Part shown: positions 18,620 through 28,989 of the stretch, piece after piece
Layout: each line of letters opens with the position of its first letter
How positions within the stretch are numbered: the first letter of the stretch is position 1
Virus record (IMG/VR): IMGVR_UViG_3300044674_000260
Coordinates: 1 to 56,298 of that record
Origin: a virus
Lineage: Duplodnaviria; Caudoviricetes
Strand: one strand, 5' to 3'
DNA: 56,298 nt
Translations under genes and position numbers: made by a program
Notes under the pieces: generated by a model
The model's input: only the letters and a program-made list of their open reading frames with translations
What the model was told of the DNA's origin: nothing
Databases searched by the model: none

Positions 18620-19375
18620 ATGGCTAACTTTCGTTCCATAACACAGATTGGAACATCTGAGCCATTTGAGCTACAGGTGGCCCGTGGTCAAATCCCGGGC
18701 CATTCTGCGTTACACAAGTTTGGCGCGGTCCCTGAAATGTCTGTCAACACAACTGGGACTGTGTGGGATATTGATGACACGCTGTATCCTTGGTCAGCAT
18801 TCTCTTCCGCAAGCGTTCTTACAGTAGATCGTGCGAGTGCAAGCGATGCAGGCAAGACCATCGTGATTCAAGGTCTTGATGAAAACTATCAAGAAATCAC
18901 AGAAAACGTAACACTGACAAATGCGACGGGTAATACAACAACCCGAACATTTATTCGTGTTTACCGCTCATATATGTATAACGGCTCTGCTGCGAATGTT
19001 GGGAATATCGACATTAAGGTTAGCACAACTGTTGTAGCACGTATTACAGCAGGTAATTCTCAGACTCTAATGGGCGTATATACAGTTCCTGCGGGATACA
19101 CTGCATATCTGACTCAAGGTGTGATGAGCGTTAAGTCTGGTGCTGATGCGACAGGTAACTTCTTTGTGCGCTATGGTGGCGAAACAGCGTTTCGTATAGC
19201 TCACACGTTTGAAGTGGCATCTGCTGAGTATTTCTATGCATTCCACGTACCATTTGCGCTTCCTGAAAAGTCAGACGTGGATATTCGAGCGACTGTGCGT
19301 AGCAATAACGCTCGTGTGACCGCAGCATTTGATGCATACTTGATTAAAAACGAGGATTGGACAAATGGCTCGTAA
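18620..19375 (+). CDS. virion structural protein (putative)
   Basis: FELQVARGQIPGH, VYTVPAGYTAY motifs. Confidence 0.7.
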   Translation: MANFRSITQIGTSEPFELQVARGQIPGHSALHKFGAVPEMSVNTTGTVWDIDDTLYPWSAFSSASVLTVDRASASDAGKTIVIQGLDENYQEITENVTLTNATGNTTTRTFIRVYRSYMYNGSAANVGNIDIKVSTTVVARITAGNSQTLMGVYTVPAGYTAYLTQGVMSVKSGADATGNFFVRYGGETAFRIAHTFEVASAEYFYAFHVPFALPEKSDVDIRATVRSNNARVTAAFDAYLIKNEDWTNGS

Positions 19376-19658
19376 GAAAGAAAACCCGATACGCAAAACC
19401 ACTGGCAAAGGCGGTAATTATCGTAAGACCAAATCTGGTGCAGGCATGACCAAAAAGGGTGTTGCAGCGTATCGTAAAGCGAATCCCGGTTCTAAGTTAA
19501 AAACCGCTGTAACAGGCAAGGTCAAGAAGGGCAGCAAAGACGCAAAACGTCGTAAGTCATACTGCGCACGTTCAGCAGGTCAGATGAAGAAGTTTCCTAA
19601 AGCAGCAAAAGACCCTAATTCACGCCTAAGACAAGCAAGGAAAAGATGGAAGTGCTAA
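19365..19658 (+). CDS. small basic protein
   Basis: RRKSYCARSAGQMK...SRLRQARKRWKC phage motif. Confidence 0.75.
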   Translation: MARKKENPIRKTTGKGGNYRKTKSGAGMTKKGVAAYRKANPGSKLKTAVTGKVKKGSKDAKRRKSYCARSAGQMKKFPKAAKDPNSRLRQARKRWKC

Positions 19659-19876
19659 TGGCTGAGAAAACTGTTCACGAAATTGAGCTAGAAATGGTCA
19701 AGTTTCAAGCCCAACAAGATCATCTTGTGACCAGCGTTGATAAACTGCAATCTGACATGAAAGAGATAAAGATTGCGGTTTTTCAGGCGAAGTGGATGAT
19801 TGTTGGTGCGATTGTTTTCGCTGGCCTAATGAACAGTGAGCTTTTCATGGAAGTGATCTTAGGGATTGGTAAATAA
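19658..19876 (+). CDS. coiled-coil protein with C-terminal TM helix
   Basis: TAATG coupling; hydrophobic C-terminus. Confidence 0.65.
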   Translation: MAEKTVHEIELEMVKFQAQQDHLVTSVDKLQSDMKEIKIAVFQAKWMIVGAIVFAGLMNSELFMEVILGIGK

Positions 19877-20043
19877 TGGCGATTGGTCGCTCACAAATGG
19901 CGCAGCAAGTAATGAAGCCGCCTATGAAGAGGAAGAAAAATGCCAAAAGACGCGTGTTATCGAAAGGTAAAAGCAAGGTACAAGGTATTCCCCAGCGCAT
20001 ACGCAAGCGGAGCAATCGCAAAGTGTCGAAAAGTCGGCGCTAA
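19876..20043 (+). CDS. 55-aa basic ORF (not in ORF track), N-terminus resembles MCP
   Basis: TAATG coupling; MAIGRSQMAQQVMKPP... Confidence 0.45.
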   Translation: MAIGRSQMAQQVMKPPMKRKKNAKRRVLSKGKSKVQGIPQRIRKRSNRKVSKSRR

Positions 20044-20218
20044 AAACTGGGGAAACAGTAAGAAAAAGCCTGTAAAGAAGGCTATGGGTGGCGTTATTGA
20101 GCCATCAAATGAGTATCGCAAACGCCCAGTGCGCCGTATGCTAAACGGCGGTGAGGTGATTGCGAATGGTTGTGGTAAGGTTCAATCGAACCGTCGTAAA
20201 GTGACGAAGATGAGCTAA
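19940..20218 (+). CDS. small basic protein
   Basis: DACYRKVKARYKVFPSAYASG motif; KAMGGVI, MLNGGEV. Confidence 0.75.
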   Translation: MPKDACYRKVKARYKVFPSAYASGAIAKCRKVGAKNWGNSKKKPVKKAMGGVIEPSNEYRKRPVRRMLNGGEVIANGCGKVQSNRRKVTKMS

Positions 20219-20496
20219 TGGCTGTACGGAAGACAAAAAAGGGTGCTGCACTCAAACGCTGGTTCAAAGAAGACTGGAAAGATGTCCGCACGGGCAAGGC
20301 TTGTGGTCGAAAAAAAGGCGAAAAACGTGGCACTCCATACTGTCGTCCGACAAAACGTGTAAGTTCGAAGACCCCTAAAACAGCATCAGAGATGACAGCG
20401 AGCGAAAAGCGTAGTAGAATATCTCAAAAGAAACGTCTTGGTCAGCCTGCGGGTAAGCCCAAGCGCGTTAAATCGCTCAAGAGGAAGAAGAAATGA
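20218..20496 (+). CDS. small basic protein
   Basis: LKRWFKEDWKDV...PYCRPTKRVSSKTPKT motif. Confidence 0.75.
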   Translation: MAVRKTKKGAALKRWFKEDWKDVRTGKACGRKKGEKRGTPYCRPTKRVSSKTPKTASEMTASEKRSRISQKKRLGQPAGKPKRVKSLKRKKK

Positions 20497-21161
20497 CCGT
20501 ATCAGGATCAACAGACTTTGAGCTAGATGTAGCTGATTACATCGAAGAAGCCTTTGAACGGTGCGGTTTAGAGGTTCGTACAGGGTATGATCTGAAGACT
20601 GCAAAACGGTCTATGAACCTGATGTTTGCTGATTGGGCCAACCGTGGCTTGAATCAATGGACGATTGAGCAACGCACAATCACAGTAACATCAAATGATG
20701 GAGATTATGACTTAGGAACAGATGTTATCGACATTTTGTCTTTAGTTGTACGTCGATCTGGCACAGATTACGCGCTAGATCGCATTAGTCGTGACGAATA
20801 TCTCAATATTCCGACCAAAACGACACAAGCTCGACCCACACAATACTTTGTGGATCGTCAAATCACGCCTGTATTGAAGCTATGGCCTTTGCCAGACAAC
20901 AATACAGATGTGATTATCTATGACGCACTAACAAGATTGGATGACGCGGATACATACACCAATACTCTTGGGGTTCCGTTCCGTTTCTACCCAGCATTAG
21001 CGGCAGGTTTGGCCTACTACATAAGCGTGAAACGCGCACCAGATCGCATGCAGATGCTCAAGGCACTGTATGAAGAAGAACTTAACCGAGCAATGGACGA
21101 AGACCGTGATCGCGCGTCTTTCCGTGTTGCCCCCGACTTGAGGAACTACCGATATGTCTAA
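20493..21161 (+). CDS. head-tail adaptor (P22 gp4/tail tubular A-like)
   Basis: IEEAFERCG, WANRGLN, PFRFYPAL motifs; position. Confidence 0.7.
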   Translation: MTVSGSTDFELDVADYIEEAFERCGLEVRTGYDLKTAKRSMNLMFADWANRGLNQWTIEQRTITVTSNDGDYDLGTDVIDILSLVVRRSGTDYALDRISRDEYLNIPTKTTQARPTQYFVDRQITPVLKLWPLPDNNTDVIIYDALTRLDDADTYTNTLGVPFRFYPALAAGLAYYISVKRAPDRMQMLKALYEEELNRAMDEDRDRASFRVAPDLRNYRYV

Positions 21162-21459
21162 ATATGCCACAGGTAAGTGGGCATACGGTATTTCTGACCG
21201 ATCAGGCTTTCGCTATCGGTTAAAAGACATGCGTAAAGAGTGGAATGGTCTGCTCGTTGGCAAAGATGAGTGGGAGCGCAAGCATCCACAGCTAGAGCCA
21301 CTACGAGCGGTTCCTGATCCACAGGCATTGCGCAATCCTCGCCCCGATCCAGACGCTGGTGCAGTGTCTGTGAGCGTTGGTGATAATATATATCCAACAC
21401 CGCAAAACAAGATGAATACCATCGGTTATGTGGGTAAAGTTACAGTGGTGATCTCATGA
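21154..21459 (+). CDS. hypothetical virion-associated protein
   Basis: SDRSGFRY...KHPQL...DPQALRNPRPD motif. Confidence 0.7.
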   Translation: MSKYATGKWAYGISDRSGFRYRLKDMRKEWNGLLVGKDEWERKHPQLEPLRAVPDPQALRNPRPDPDAGAVSVSVGDNIYPTPQNKMNTIGYVGKVTVVIS

Positions 21460-22103
21460 GTTTTACATATGACGAGCTAAAAAGTGCGATTCAAGATTAC
21501 ACTGAAAACACAGAGACAACCTTTGTGAACAGCCTTGATATATTTATCAAGAATGCTGAAGAGCGTATCTTGAAGATTGCGCAGCTAGAAGTGTTTCGTA
21601 AGAATCAAAGCGGTAATCTAACTGCAAGCAATCAATATCTTGCTCTTCCAACAGATTATCTTGCTCCATTTAGTCTTTCGATCACAAATGGCAGCAATAA
21701 AGAGTTTGTACTGTTTAAAGATGTAAACTTTATTCAGTCTTTTAACCCAAATGGCGCAACTACTGGTGCACCTCGCTATTACGCGCAGTTTGACATCAGT
21801 AACTTCATTTTGGGTCCAACACCTGATTCCAACTACGCAGTTGAGCTTCACTATTTCTATCGACCACTGTCTTTGACGGCTGGTGCGGGTGGAGACACAA
21901 CGTGGTTGAGCACAAACGCATCAGTGGCTTTGTTATACGGTAGTCTCATTGAGGCATATACGTTTATGAAAGGTGAAGGTGATCTAATACAGAACTATAC
22001 GCAACGCTTTACTGAGGCTCTGTCACGCGTCAAGAACTTTGGCGAGTCACAAGAAGTTACTGATGCGTACCGTACAGGTCTGATTCTAAGGGAGAAAACA
22101 TGA
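21456..22103 (+). CDS. second adaptor/tail protein
   Basis: TYDELKSAIQDYTEN, GPTPDSNY, LLYGSLIEA motifs. Confidence 0.7.
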   Translation: MSFTYDELKSAIQDYTENTETTFVNSLDIFIKNAEERILKIAQLEVFRKNQSGNLTASNQYLALPTDYLAPFSLSITNGSNKEFVLFKDVNFIQSFNPNGATTGAPRYYAQFDISNFILGPTPDSNYAVELHYFYRPLSLTAGAGGDTTWLSTNASVALLYGSLIEAYTFMKGEGDLIQNYTQRFTEALSRVKNFGESQEVTDAYRTGLILREKT

Positions 22104-22396
22104 TACCTGAGCTAAAAATAGCAACGGCTGAAGATTTTGGCATTGAAGTTCACACAACAAATAATCGTGGCTTTACTCCAGAAGAAGTTGCGCAGAGATG
22201 CGCTGATAAGATAGTTGCTGTAGCAGACACGGCTCCTCCCGCAATTCGTGATCAGGCACTTGCTTACAAGCGTAACATCACAAAAGTAATCGAGTTCTAC
22301 TTACGCGAAGCCGTAAAAAGTGATAGAACTACGGTATATAACGCAATCAATGACGCAGGACACCCTGAGCTTGCGGAACTTATAAGGAGACTATAA
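22100..22396 (+). CDS. hypothetical protein
   Basis: ATGA coupling, GGGAG RBS. Confidence 0.7.
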   Translation: MIPELKIATAEDFGIEVHTTNNRGFTPEEVAQRCADKIVAVADTAPPAIRDQALAYKRNITKVIEFYLREAVKSDRTTVYNAINDAGHPELAELIRRL

Positions 22397-22397
22397 C

Positions 22398-22850
22398 ATG
22401 GCGTTTACTGGTAACTACATGTGTACGTCGTTCAAAAACGAGCTTTTGTACGGTGTCCACGATTTTGATGCTTCTACAGGCGATACATTCAATATCGCTT
22501 TATACACTAGCTCTGCAACGCTAGATGCATCTACTACAGCTTATTCTGCAACTAACGAGGTAAGCGGAACTGGTTATTCGGCAGGTGGTCAGGCTTTGAC
22601 AAACGTCAATCCAACAACATCTGGAACGACTGCGTTCACGGACTTTGCGGATGAGACTTTTACGACAGCGACAATCACTGCTCGTGGCGCTTTGATTTAC
22701 AATACGACACCAAATACAACATCTATTTCGGTTTCAAACCCATCAGTTGTTGTTCTAGACTTTGGTGCAGACAAAACATCAACGGCTGGTGATTTTACTA
22801 TCGTATTCCCGACAGCGGATGCAAGTAACGCGATTATTCGGATAGCCTAA
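22398..22850 (+). CDS. tail structural protein (putative)
   Basis: CTSFKNELL, ALYTSSATL, VLDFGADKT motifs. Confidence 0.7.
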   Translation: MAFTGNYMCTSFKNELLYGVHDFDASTGDTFNIALYTSSATLDASTTAYSATNEVSGTGYSAGGQALTNVNPTTSGTTAFTDFADETFTTATITARGALIYNTTPNTTSISVSNPSVVVLDFGADKTSTAGDFTIVFPTADASNAIIRIA

Positions 22851-23758
22851 TGACTGATGTCATTGTCCCTTTTTCTGGCTGGGGCCGAGGGACATGGGGC
22901 CAACTCGCATGGGATGAAGGCTCCATTACCAATGCTGGGGCCGCAGGTGATGTTGGTTCAGTAACAGTTGTTGCTGAAGCCAATGTTCCTGTAACTGGTC
23001 TACAAGCAACGGCCTCTGTTGGGACAGTGACAGTTGTTGCGGAAGCGAATGCGTTCCCAACAGGTTTAGAGGCCACTGGTGAAGTTGGCACAATAGCCAA
23101 CGTCATAGGTAAGGCAAACATTTATCCGACTGGCGTTGAGGGCACAGGAACTGTTGGTGATGCAACAGTCAATGCCGACGCCAATGTTCCCGTTACTGGC
23201 CTTGAAGCTACGATAGCAGTTGGCTCAGTCACTGTCGTAGCAGAAGCAAATGTCTACCCAACTGGAATAGAAGCCACAGGTGACGTAGGCACTGCGACCA
23301 TTGAGGGCGATGCAAACGTCCCTGTTTCTGGGCTAGAAGCAACGACAGCAGTTGGTTCTGTGACAATCGCGGCTGGTGCTGTTGTGCCAACGACAATGGA
23401 TGCTCGCGGTAATGGCCTTGTTGGTGAAGTTGAGGCAACAGGTGGTTCTGATGTTCCAGTAACTGGTCTTGAAGCCACTGGCGAAGTTGGTACTGGAACT
23501 GTTATTACAGTTACAACACAAGTTTACGTCACTGGCGTTGCAGCAACTGGCGAAGTAGGTGATGTATCTATTGATGCACAAGCGACTGTCAATGTGACAG
23601 GCGTCGAAGGAACTGGCGAGGCAGGTCAAGTTCTTGTTTGGGGCAGGATTGTTCCAAATCAAAATCCGAGTTATAATCCCGTAACACCATCTTCTACCCC
23701 AGCATGGAGTGACGATACACCGTCCCAAACTCCGGGCTGGGATGACATAGCAGCATAG
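22850..23758 (+). CDS. repetitive tail/fibre protein
   Basis: about 11 repeats of ~22 aa (ANVPVTGLEATGEVGTVTV). Confidence 0.7.
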   Translation: MTDVIVPFSGWGRGTWGQLAWDEGSITNAGAAGDVGSVTVVAEANVPVTGLQATASVGTVTVVAEANAFPTGLEATGEVGTIANVIGKANIYPTGVEGTGTVGDATVNADANVPVTGLEATIAVGSVTVVAEANVYPTGIEATGDVGTATIEGDANVPVSGLEATTAVGSVTIAAGAVVPTTMDARGNGLVGEVEATGGSDVPVTGLEATGEVGTGTVITVTTQVYVTGVAATGEVGDVSIDAQATVNVTGVEGTGEAGQVLVWGRIVPNQNPSYNPVTPSSTPAWSDDTPSQTPGWDDIAA

Positions 23759-23767
23759 GAACGCAAA

Positions 23768-26700
23768 ATGGCAAGTACATATACGCTTAACAACGGCATC
23801 GAACTCATTGGAACAGGCGAACAGTCTGGCACATGGGGCGATACAACGAACACAAACTTGAGCTTGGTCGATACGGCTCTGGACGGTCAGGTCACGGTTA
23901 CACTGCCGAGTGCGGGGACTTCTGGTTCACCGAATACACTGGCGATTAGCGACGGTGCGGCGTCTGATGGTCGTAACCGCATGGTTATCTTTAACGACGG
24001 CGGCGATTTGGGTGCAACGGCCTACGTGCAGTTGACGCCGAATGACGCTGAAAAGATTATCTATGTGCGCAACGATCTGGCGGGATCGCGCAGCATTATC
24101 CTGTTCCAAGGGACGTATAACGCGAGTAATGACTACGAGCTTCCTGCGGGAACGACTGCGGTCATTTACTTTGACGGTGCGGGTTCTGGCGCGGTAGCGG
24201 CAAACGTCTTTAACAACGCGTACTTTGACAGCCTGCGCTTGGGTTCTGTTTCGGTCACTGCGATCCTAGACGAAGACGACATGTCTTCAGACAGCGCAAC
24301 AGCTTTGGCAACGCAACAGTCGATCAAGGCGTATGTGGACACACAAATCACGGCAGAAGATTTGGACTTTGCTGGCGACAGCGGCACGGGTGCCGTTGAT
24401 CTGGACAGTCAGACGTTTACGGTTGCGGGTACGACTAACGAGATTGAGACATCGGCCTCTGGTCAGACGCTTACGATTGGCCTGCCTGATAACGTAACGA
24501 TTGCTGGCGACTTAACCGTGGACACCGACACGCTGTACGTCGATAGCACGAATAATCGGGTGGGGGTTAACGTGAGTTCGCCTGTTTCGCCATTGCAGGT
24601 GACTTCAGGTGCTAACGGGAACATCATTCATGCAAATGGAGCATCAAACGCTTGGGACTTTATATTAAAAGGCACAAACGATGGCGATACTGAGTCTGTC
24701 CTGTACGAACTTGGTATGTATCGGGCTGACGGAACTACTAACCCAAATACAGTTTTAAATTTTGGTCGAGGATTGGGTGAACAAAACGGTTTCTTTACTA
24801 TTGACCAAAATGGCAGCGAAGTCATGCGCATCGACTCGTCGCAGCGGGTTTTGATTGGTTTAACCAGTGCTATTGAAGTTGGCTCTACCTCTTCGGCTGG
24901 ATTTGAAGTTGCTTCGACCGGCACTGATTCATGGATTTCTCAAACGCGCTTTAATGATTCTAATTCTGGGCCTCTGCATTTATTTGGAAAGTCAAGAAGC
25001 GCCACTGTTGGTACTTTTGGAACGGTTGTTGAAGATGGTGACGCACTTGGTACTTTATCATGGGCTGGGGATGACGGAACAGACGCAGCTTCTGTAGCTG
25101 CTCAAATTCAGGGTGCAGTAGATGGCACTCCGGGGTCTAACGACATGCCGGGTCGTCTTGTTTTCTCCACAACCGCCGACGGTGCTGCTGCGCCAACCCA
25201 GCGTATGTGGATTACGTCGGATGGGTATGTTGGAATCGCTACGAGTTCGCCATCTAGTCAACTTGAGGTTTCATCTAGTGGAGATACTTCTCTAACGATT
25301 AACGCAGCTAATAACAACGACTCAAAGCTGATATTTTCGGAGGCTGGTAACGCAGAATACTCTATCATTATGGATGGGTTGTCAGGCTCAACTCAGTCGT
25401 TGCAATTCTACAATAATAGAACCTCCACAGAAGTCATGCGCATCGACAGCAGTGCTCGGCTTTTGATTGGTGGAACTACTGCTAGAAATGTAGGAGGGTC
25501 TACCAGTGCACTGCAAATTGAGGGTGCTTCGGGTGTAGCTTCTAGTGCGTCTATTGTTAGAAACACTGACAATGCTTCTGCTGCGTTTTTAAGTTTTGCA
25601 AAATCCCGTGGAAGTTCTGTGGGGTCGGATGTAATCGTTCAAGACGAAGACGGTGTTGGGGAGTTTCGTTTCTCGGCGTCTGACGGTACAGACACCGTTA
25701 GTCAACTTGCTTCGATAGAGGCTCGCATCGACGGCACCCCCGGTGCCAACGATATGCCCGGACGTCTTGTCTTTTCAACAACGGCCGACGGTGGAAATTC
25801 AGCAACCGAGCGTATGCGGATTACGAATGGTGGCTTAGTGGGCGTGGGAGAAACGGACCCAGACGTTAGGTTGCACAGTTCCATCAACACAGCGACAGAA
25901 TACGATGATACCTACAATTTAAGTAACTCAAACAATTTACCAATTTATGCTTTACGGTTACAAAACAACGACACCTCTATTACTAATTCTGAGGTCAACT
26001 TACTTTTCAGCGCAGGAGCAAGCGGCTCTTGTCAACACAGTATAGGTGTTAAACGTACAGGCACGAACGATGGGGATTTGATTTTCCGTAGACGAACTAA
26101 CACCACTAGCACGGAGTCTATGCGGCTTACAAATGGTGGCGAGCTGTTGTTGAATAGGACCGATACAGGTGTTTCTGTGACAACAAGCGGCATAGAGCTT
26201 AATGACTCAGGTTACATATCCGCTTCACGCTCTTTGTCTAATGACAGTGGTGCAGTGGGTTATTTTAACCGTTTAGACAGCACAGCAGGTGATCTTATCC
26301 AGTTGCGTATCGACGGTGTTGAGCGTGGTGTCATAGGTATCACAGGTACTGACAATATGTACATGGCGTCATCAGACGGCCTTGGGTTAAAGTTTAACGC
26401 TGATGCCAGCCGCTTTGATATGTGTAATGCTTCTGGTACTTCGCTAGATGCCGCCGCAGATATTGGTGGTGACAGCAGTCGAATAAAAGATATAAAACTG
26501 TCTGGCGGTATCTACCTTGGCGGGGTTGCTGCGGCTAATAAGCTGGATGACTATGAGACGGGGACGTTCGATCCAGTAATGACAGGTGTTTCTGGATGGA
26601 GTTCAGACCCTCAAGGCTGGTACACTAAAATCGGAAACATGGTTTACTTTAGAATTTTATTTACCTCAAATACAGGAGCAAGCGGAACGCCATCTTACAT

Positions 26701-26926
26701 TATTACAGGGATGCCTTTTGCGAATGAGTTGGGTGAAAGAAACTCTGTTGTCAGTATTAGCCGTATGTTTGGGATAGATTTAGCTAATTCTAACTACATT
26801 GGAGGAGTTGCTACAAGCCAAATTCAGTTTAGTTATGTGAATGGTGATAATAACAATAATAGCTTTTCCTACAGCGGAAGTACTTTGCGGTTAACTATTT
26901 CGGGTTCATACCAAACTGCATCATAA
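23768..26926 (+). CDS. tail fibre/receptor-binding protein
   Basis: GEQSGTWGDTTNTN anchor; repeated E(R/V)MRI motifs; C-terminal LDDYETGTF...YTKIGN domain. Confidence 0.85.
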   Translation: MASTYTLNNGIELIGTGEQSGTWGDTTNTNLSLVDTALDGQVTVTLPSAGTSGSPNTLAISDGAASDGRNRMVIFNDGGDLGATAYVQLTPNDAEKIIYVRNDLAGSRSIILFQGTYNASNDYELPAGTTAVIYFDGAGSGAVAANVFNNAYFDSLRLGSVSVTAILDEDDMSSDSATALATQQSIKAYVDTQITAEDLDFAGDSGTGAVDLDSQTFTVAGTTNEIETSASGQTLTIGLPDNVTIAGDLTVDTDTLYVDSTNNRVGVNVSSPVSPLQVTSGANGNIIHANGASNAWDFILKGTNDGDTESVLYELGMYRADGTTNPNTVLNFGRGLGEQNGFFTIDQNGSEVMRIDSSQRVLIGLTSAIEVGSTSSAGFEVASTGTDSWISQTRFNDSNSGPLHLFGKSRSATVGTFGTVVEDGDALGTLSWAGDDGTDAASVAAQIQGAVDGTPGSNDMPGRLVFSTTADGAAAPTQRMWITSDGYVGIATSSPSSQLEVSSSGDTSLTINAANNNDSKLIFSEAGNAEYSIIMDGLSGSTQSLQFYNNRTSTEVMRIDSSARLLIGGTTARNVGGSTSALQIEGASGVASSASIVRNTDNASAAFLSFAKSRGSSVGSDVIVQDEDGVGEFRFSASDGTDTVSQLASIEARIDGTPGANDMPGRLVFSTTADGGNSATERMRITNGGLVGVGETDPDVRLHSSINTATEYDDTYNLSNSNNLPIYALRLQNNDTSITNSEVNLLFSAGASGSCQHSIGVKRTGTNDGDLIFRRRTNTTSTESMRLTNGGELLLNRTDTGVSVTTSGIELNDSGYISASRSLSNDSGAVGYFNRLDSTAGDLIQLRIDGVERGVIGITGTDNMYMASSDGLGLKFNADASRFDMCNASGTSLDAAADIGGDSSRIKDIKLSGGIYLGGVAAANKLDDYETGTFDPVMTGVSGWSSDPQGWYTKIGNMVYFRILFTSNTGASGTPSYIITGMPFANELGERNSVVSISRMFGIDLANSNYIGGVATSQIQFSYVNGDNNNNSFSYSGSTLRLTISGSYQTAS

Positions 26927-26977
26927 CCCACTGCATAGCTTTGGGTCGGACAGTCCAACCATCACAGGAGATAAAAG

Positions 26978-27241
26978 ATGGCTTTAACTAAAACAGTAAA
27001 GAACGACAAGATTGAGGTGCTGAACCAAGGCGACTGGTCTTGCGTTCAAGTACGCACAGCCACAATCGTGTCAGAAGATGGCGCAGAGTTAAGCAAGTCA
27101 TACCACCGCCATGTGGTCATGCCTGACGCTGACCTAACGGCAGAGGATGCAGACGTATCTGCGATCTGCACAACCGTATTCACACAAGCGGTTAAGGATG
27201 CTTATGCCGCACATCTAGCAGCGCAAAACGATAACCCGTAA
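26978..27241 (+). CDS. tail-fibre-associated small protein
   Basis: DKIEV...VQVRTAT...YHRHVV motif, follows fibre gene. Confidence 0.7.
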   Translation: MALTKTVKNDKIEVLNQGDWSCVQVRTATIVSEDGAELSKSYHRHVVMPDADLTAEDADVSAICTTVFTQAVKDAYAAHLAAQNDNP

Positions 27242-27259
27242 CAACAGGAGAAATAAACA

Positions 27260-27637
27260 ATGGCTGTTACACACACTTGGTCAGTAGACCCTAACTTAAA
27301 TACCAGAACACAGGACGGCCTTTCCGAAGTCGTATTCTCTGTCGTCTGGCGTTTATCATCAGAAGAAACTGTAGACGGAACAACCTACAGCATTTCATCT
27401 GCAAACCAAATCAGTTTGAACACTGATAACTTGGACCCTGCGACGTTCACTGCGTTTGCTGACCTGACAGAAGATCAGGTTGTAGGCTGGGCCAAGGCAA
27501 CTATTGACGCCAACGCCGCTGAAGGCGAAGGTGTGACATGCGCCGAGTGGGAAGCAGGGCATGATCGCAATATTGCGAAGCAAATCAACCCGCCCACCGC
27601 CGTAGAAACCGCCCCTTGGGCAACTGCAAACCCTTAA
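27260..27637 (+). CDS. tail-fibre-associated protein
   Basis: AGGAG RBS; FADLTEDQVVGW motif. Confidence 0.7.
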   Translation: MAVTHTWSVDPNLNTRTQDGLSEVVFSVVWRLSSEETVDGTTYSISSANQISLNTDNLDPATFTAFADLTEDQVVGWAKATIDANAAEGEGVTCAEWEAGHDRNIAKQINPPTAVETAPWATANP

Positions 27638-27653
27638 TCTAGGAGACTGACAA

Positions 27654-27887
27654 ATGGCTGAGAAAAAAACAACGCCTATCGTCATCGACGACAAAGAATA
27701 CACTTTTGAAGACATGACTGCCGAGCAGCAGGAAATGGTAAACCACGTTGCAGACTTGGATCGCAAGCTGTCATCCACACGGTTTAACATGACCCAGCTA
27801 GAAGGTGGTCGTAAGTTCTTCATTGATATGCTCAAAGAATCTTTGGAAAACACACCAGAGAACGCGCAAGAGGTAGCGGCTGAATAA
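27654..27887 (+). CDS. hypothetical protein
   Basis: AGGAG RBS; IDDKEY motif plus coiled coil. Confidence 0.7.
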   Translation: MAEKKTTPIVIDDKEYTFEDMTAEQQEMVNHVADLDRKLSSTRFNMTQLEGGRKFFIDMLKESLENTPENAQEVAAE

Positions 27888-28123
27888 TGGAAATGGATAT
27901 GTTGTGGTCAGCGGTACTTACCGTTGCGTTAGGACTCACAGGTTGGATTCTTCGTAGCGCGTATGCCGAGGTGCAGCGTATCCAAATCCTGCTCAATCGC
28001 ACTCGTGAAGAGATGGCGAAAGAGTATATCACAAAGGCAGAAGTGCATCACGACATAACTCGTGTGCTAGACAGGTTAGACAGACTAGACGAGAAACTTG
28101 ATCGTCTGGTGGAACGAAAATGA
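27887..28123 (+). CDS. membrane-anchored coiled-coil protein
   Basis: N-terminal TM; LNRTREEMAKEYITK. Confidence 0.7.
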   Translation: MEMDMLWSAVLTVALGLTGWILRSAYAEVQRIQILLNRTREEMAKEYITKAEVHHDITRVLDRLDRLDEKLDRLVERK

Positions 28124-28281
28124 TTTGTGCTCTGGTCCTGATAGCTTGGGGCCAGAGCTTTCAGCTAGGCTTTTACAAAGCCTGTTTTTACGACTGTGGG
28201 TCGAAACGCTTCGGGTATTATGATAGAGTATATCGTGTAAGTCCCGATTATCTCTGTCCTGCGAGGTTAACTTTGACCTAA
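28120..28281 (+). CDS. small Cys-containing protein (not in ORF track)
   Basis: ATGA and TAATG coupling on both sides; fills the gap exactly. Confidence 0.55.
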   Translation: MICALVLIAWGQSFQLGFYKACFYDCGSKRFGYYDRVYRVSPDYLCPARLTLT

Positions 28282-28748
28282 TGGCTATTCTGGAAACCAT
28301 TGCCGCAGCGAACGCGGCTTACTCCGTAATTCGTACATGCATTCAGAATGGACGTGAGACAGCCGATCTTATGTCCAATGTGGGCAAATTTCTCACAGCA
28401 GAAGAAGAATTAAAGGACGCTGTTCAGAAAAAGAAGAACAGCCCGATTACTGCTATTACTGGCGGTGCTGAAGGTGACTGGGAAGAGTTTCAGCAACTTG
28501 AAAAGATCAGAGAACAGCGCAAAGAATTAGAGTCTTACATCCGCTTGTACGGAAGGCCGGGGCAGTGGGACCGCTGGGTACAGTGGCAAGCTGAAGCACG
28601 TAAAGCGCGGCAGGAAGCCAAGAAAGCTGCGATGAAAAAGCGTGAGGAACAGATTGAGCTTATACAGACTATTACTGTTATTACTCTTGCTGCAACAGGT
28701 GTTATTCTGGGCATATATTATCTAGGCGTTTATTTGGATCGCTGGTAA
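28281..28748 (+). CDS. hypothetical protein with C-terminal TM
   Basis: coupled ORF; coiled coil plus TM. Confidence 0.7.
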   Translation: MAILETIAAANAAYSVIRTCIQNGRETADLMSNVGKFLTAEEELKDAVQKKKNSPITAITGGAEGDWEEFQQLEKIREQRKELESYIRLYGRPGQWDRWVQWQAEARKARQEAKKAAMKKREEQIELIQTITVITLAATGVILGIYYLGVYLDRW

Positions 28749-28912
28749 TGTGGGTTTTAGTCTGGATACACCTTTCAAACGGCACTTTGGAGCATTATCA
28801 ATTAGGTGTATTTCCTACTGAAGACGCGTGTTATGCCGAGAAAAGCCAAGCAAAAGTCCTCAAAAAACACCAATACAGCGGACTCTTTTGCCTCGACGTT
28901 AAGGTACAATAA
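28748..28912 (+). CDS. small hypothetical protein (not in ORF track)
   Basis: TAATG coupling; MWVLVWIHL...C...C. Confidence 0.5.
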   Translation: MWVLVWIHLSNGTLEHYQLGVFPTEDACYAEKSQAKVLKKHQYSGLFCLDVKVQ

Positions 28913-28989
28913 TTTGGGTCAATACGTGGTATATGACAAATCAGGAAAAGTGGTTATAATCACGCATCATAAGCGCATAGCTGAGAGGT

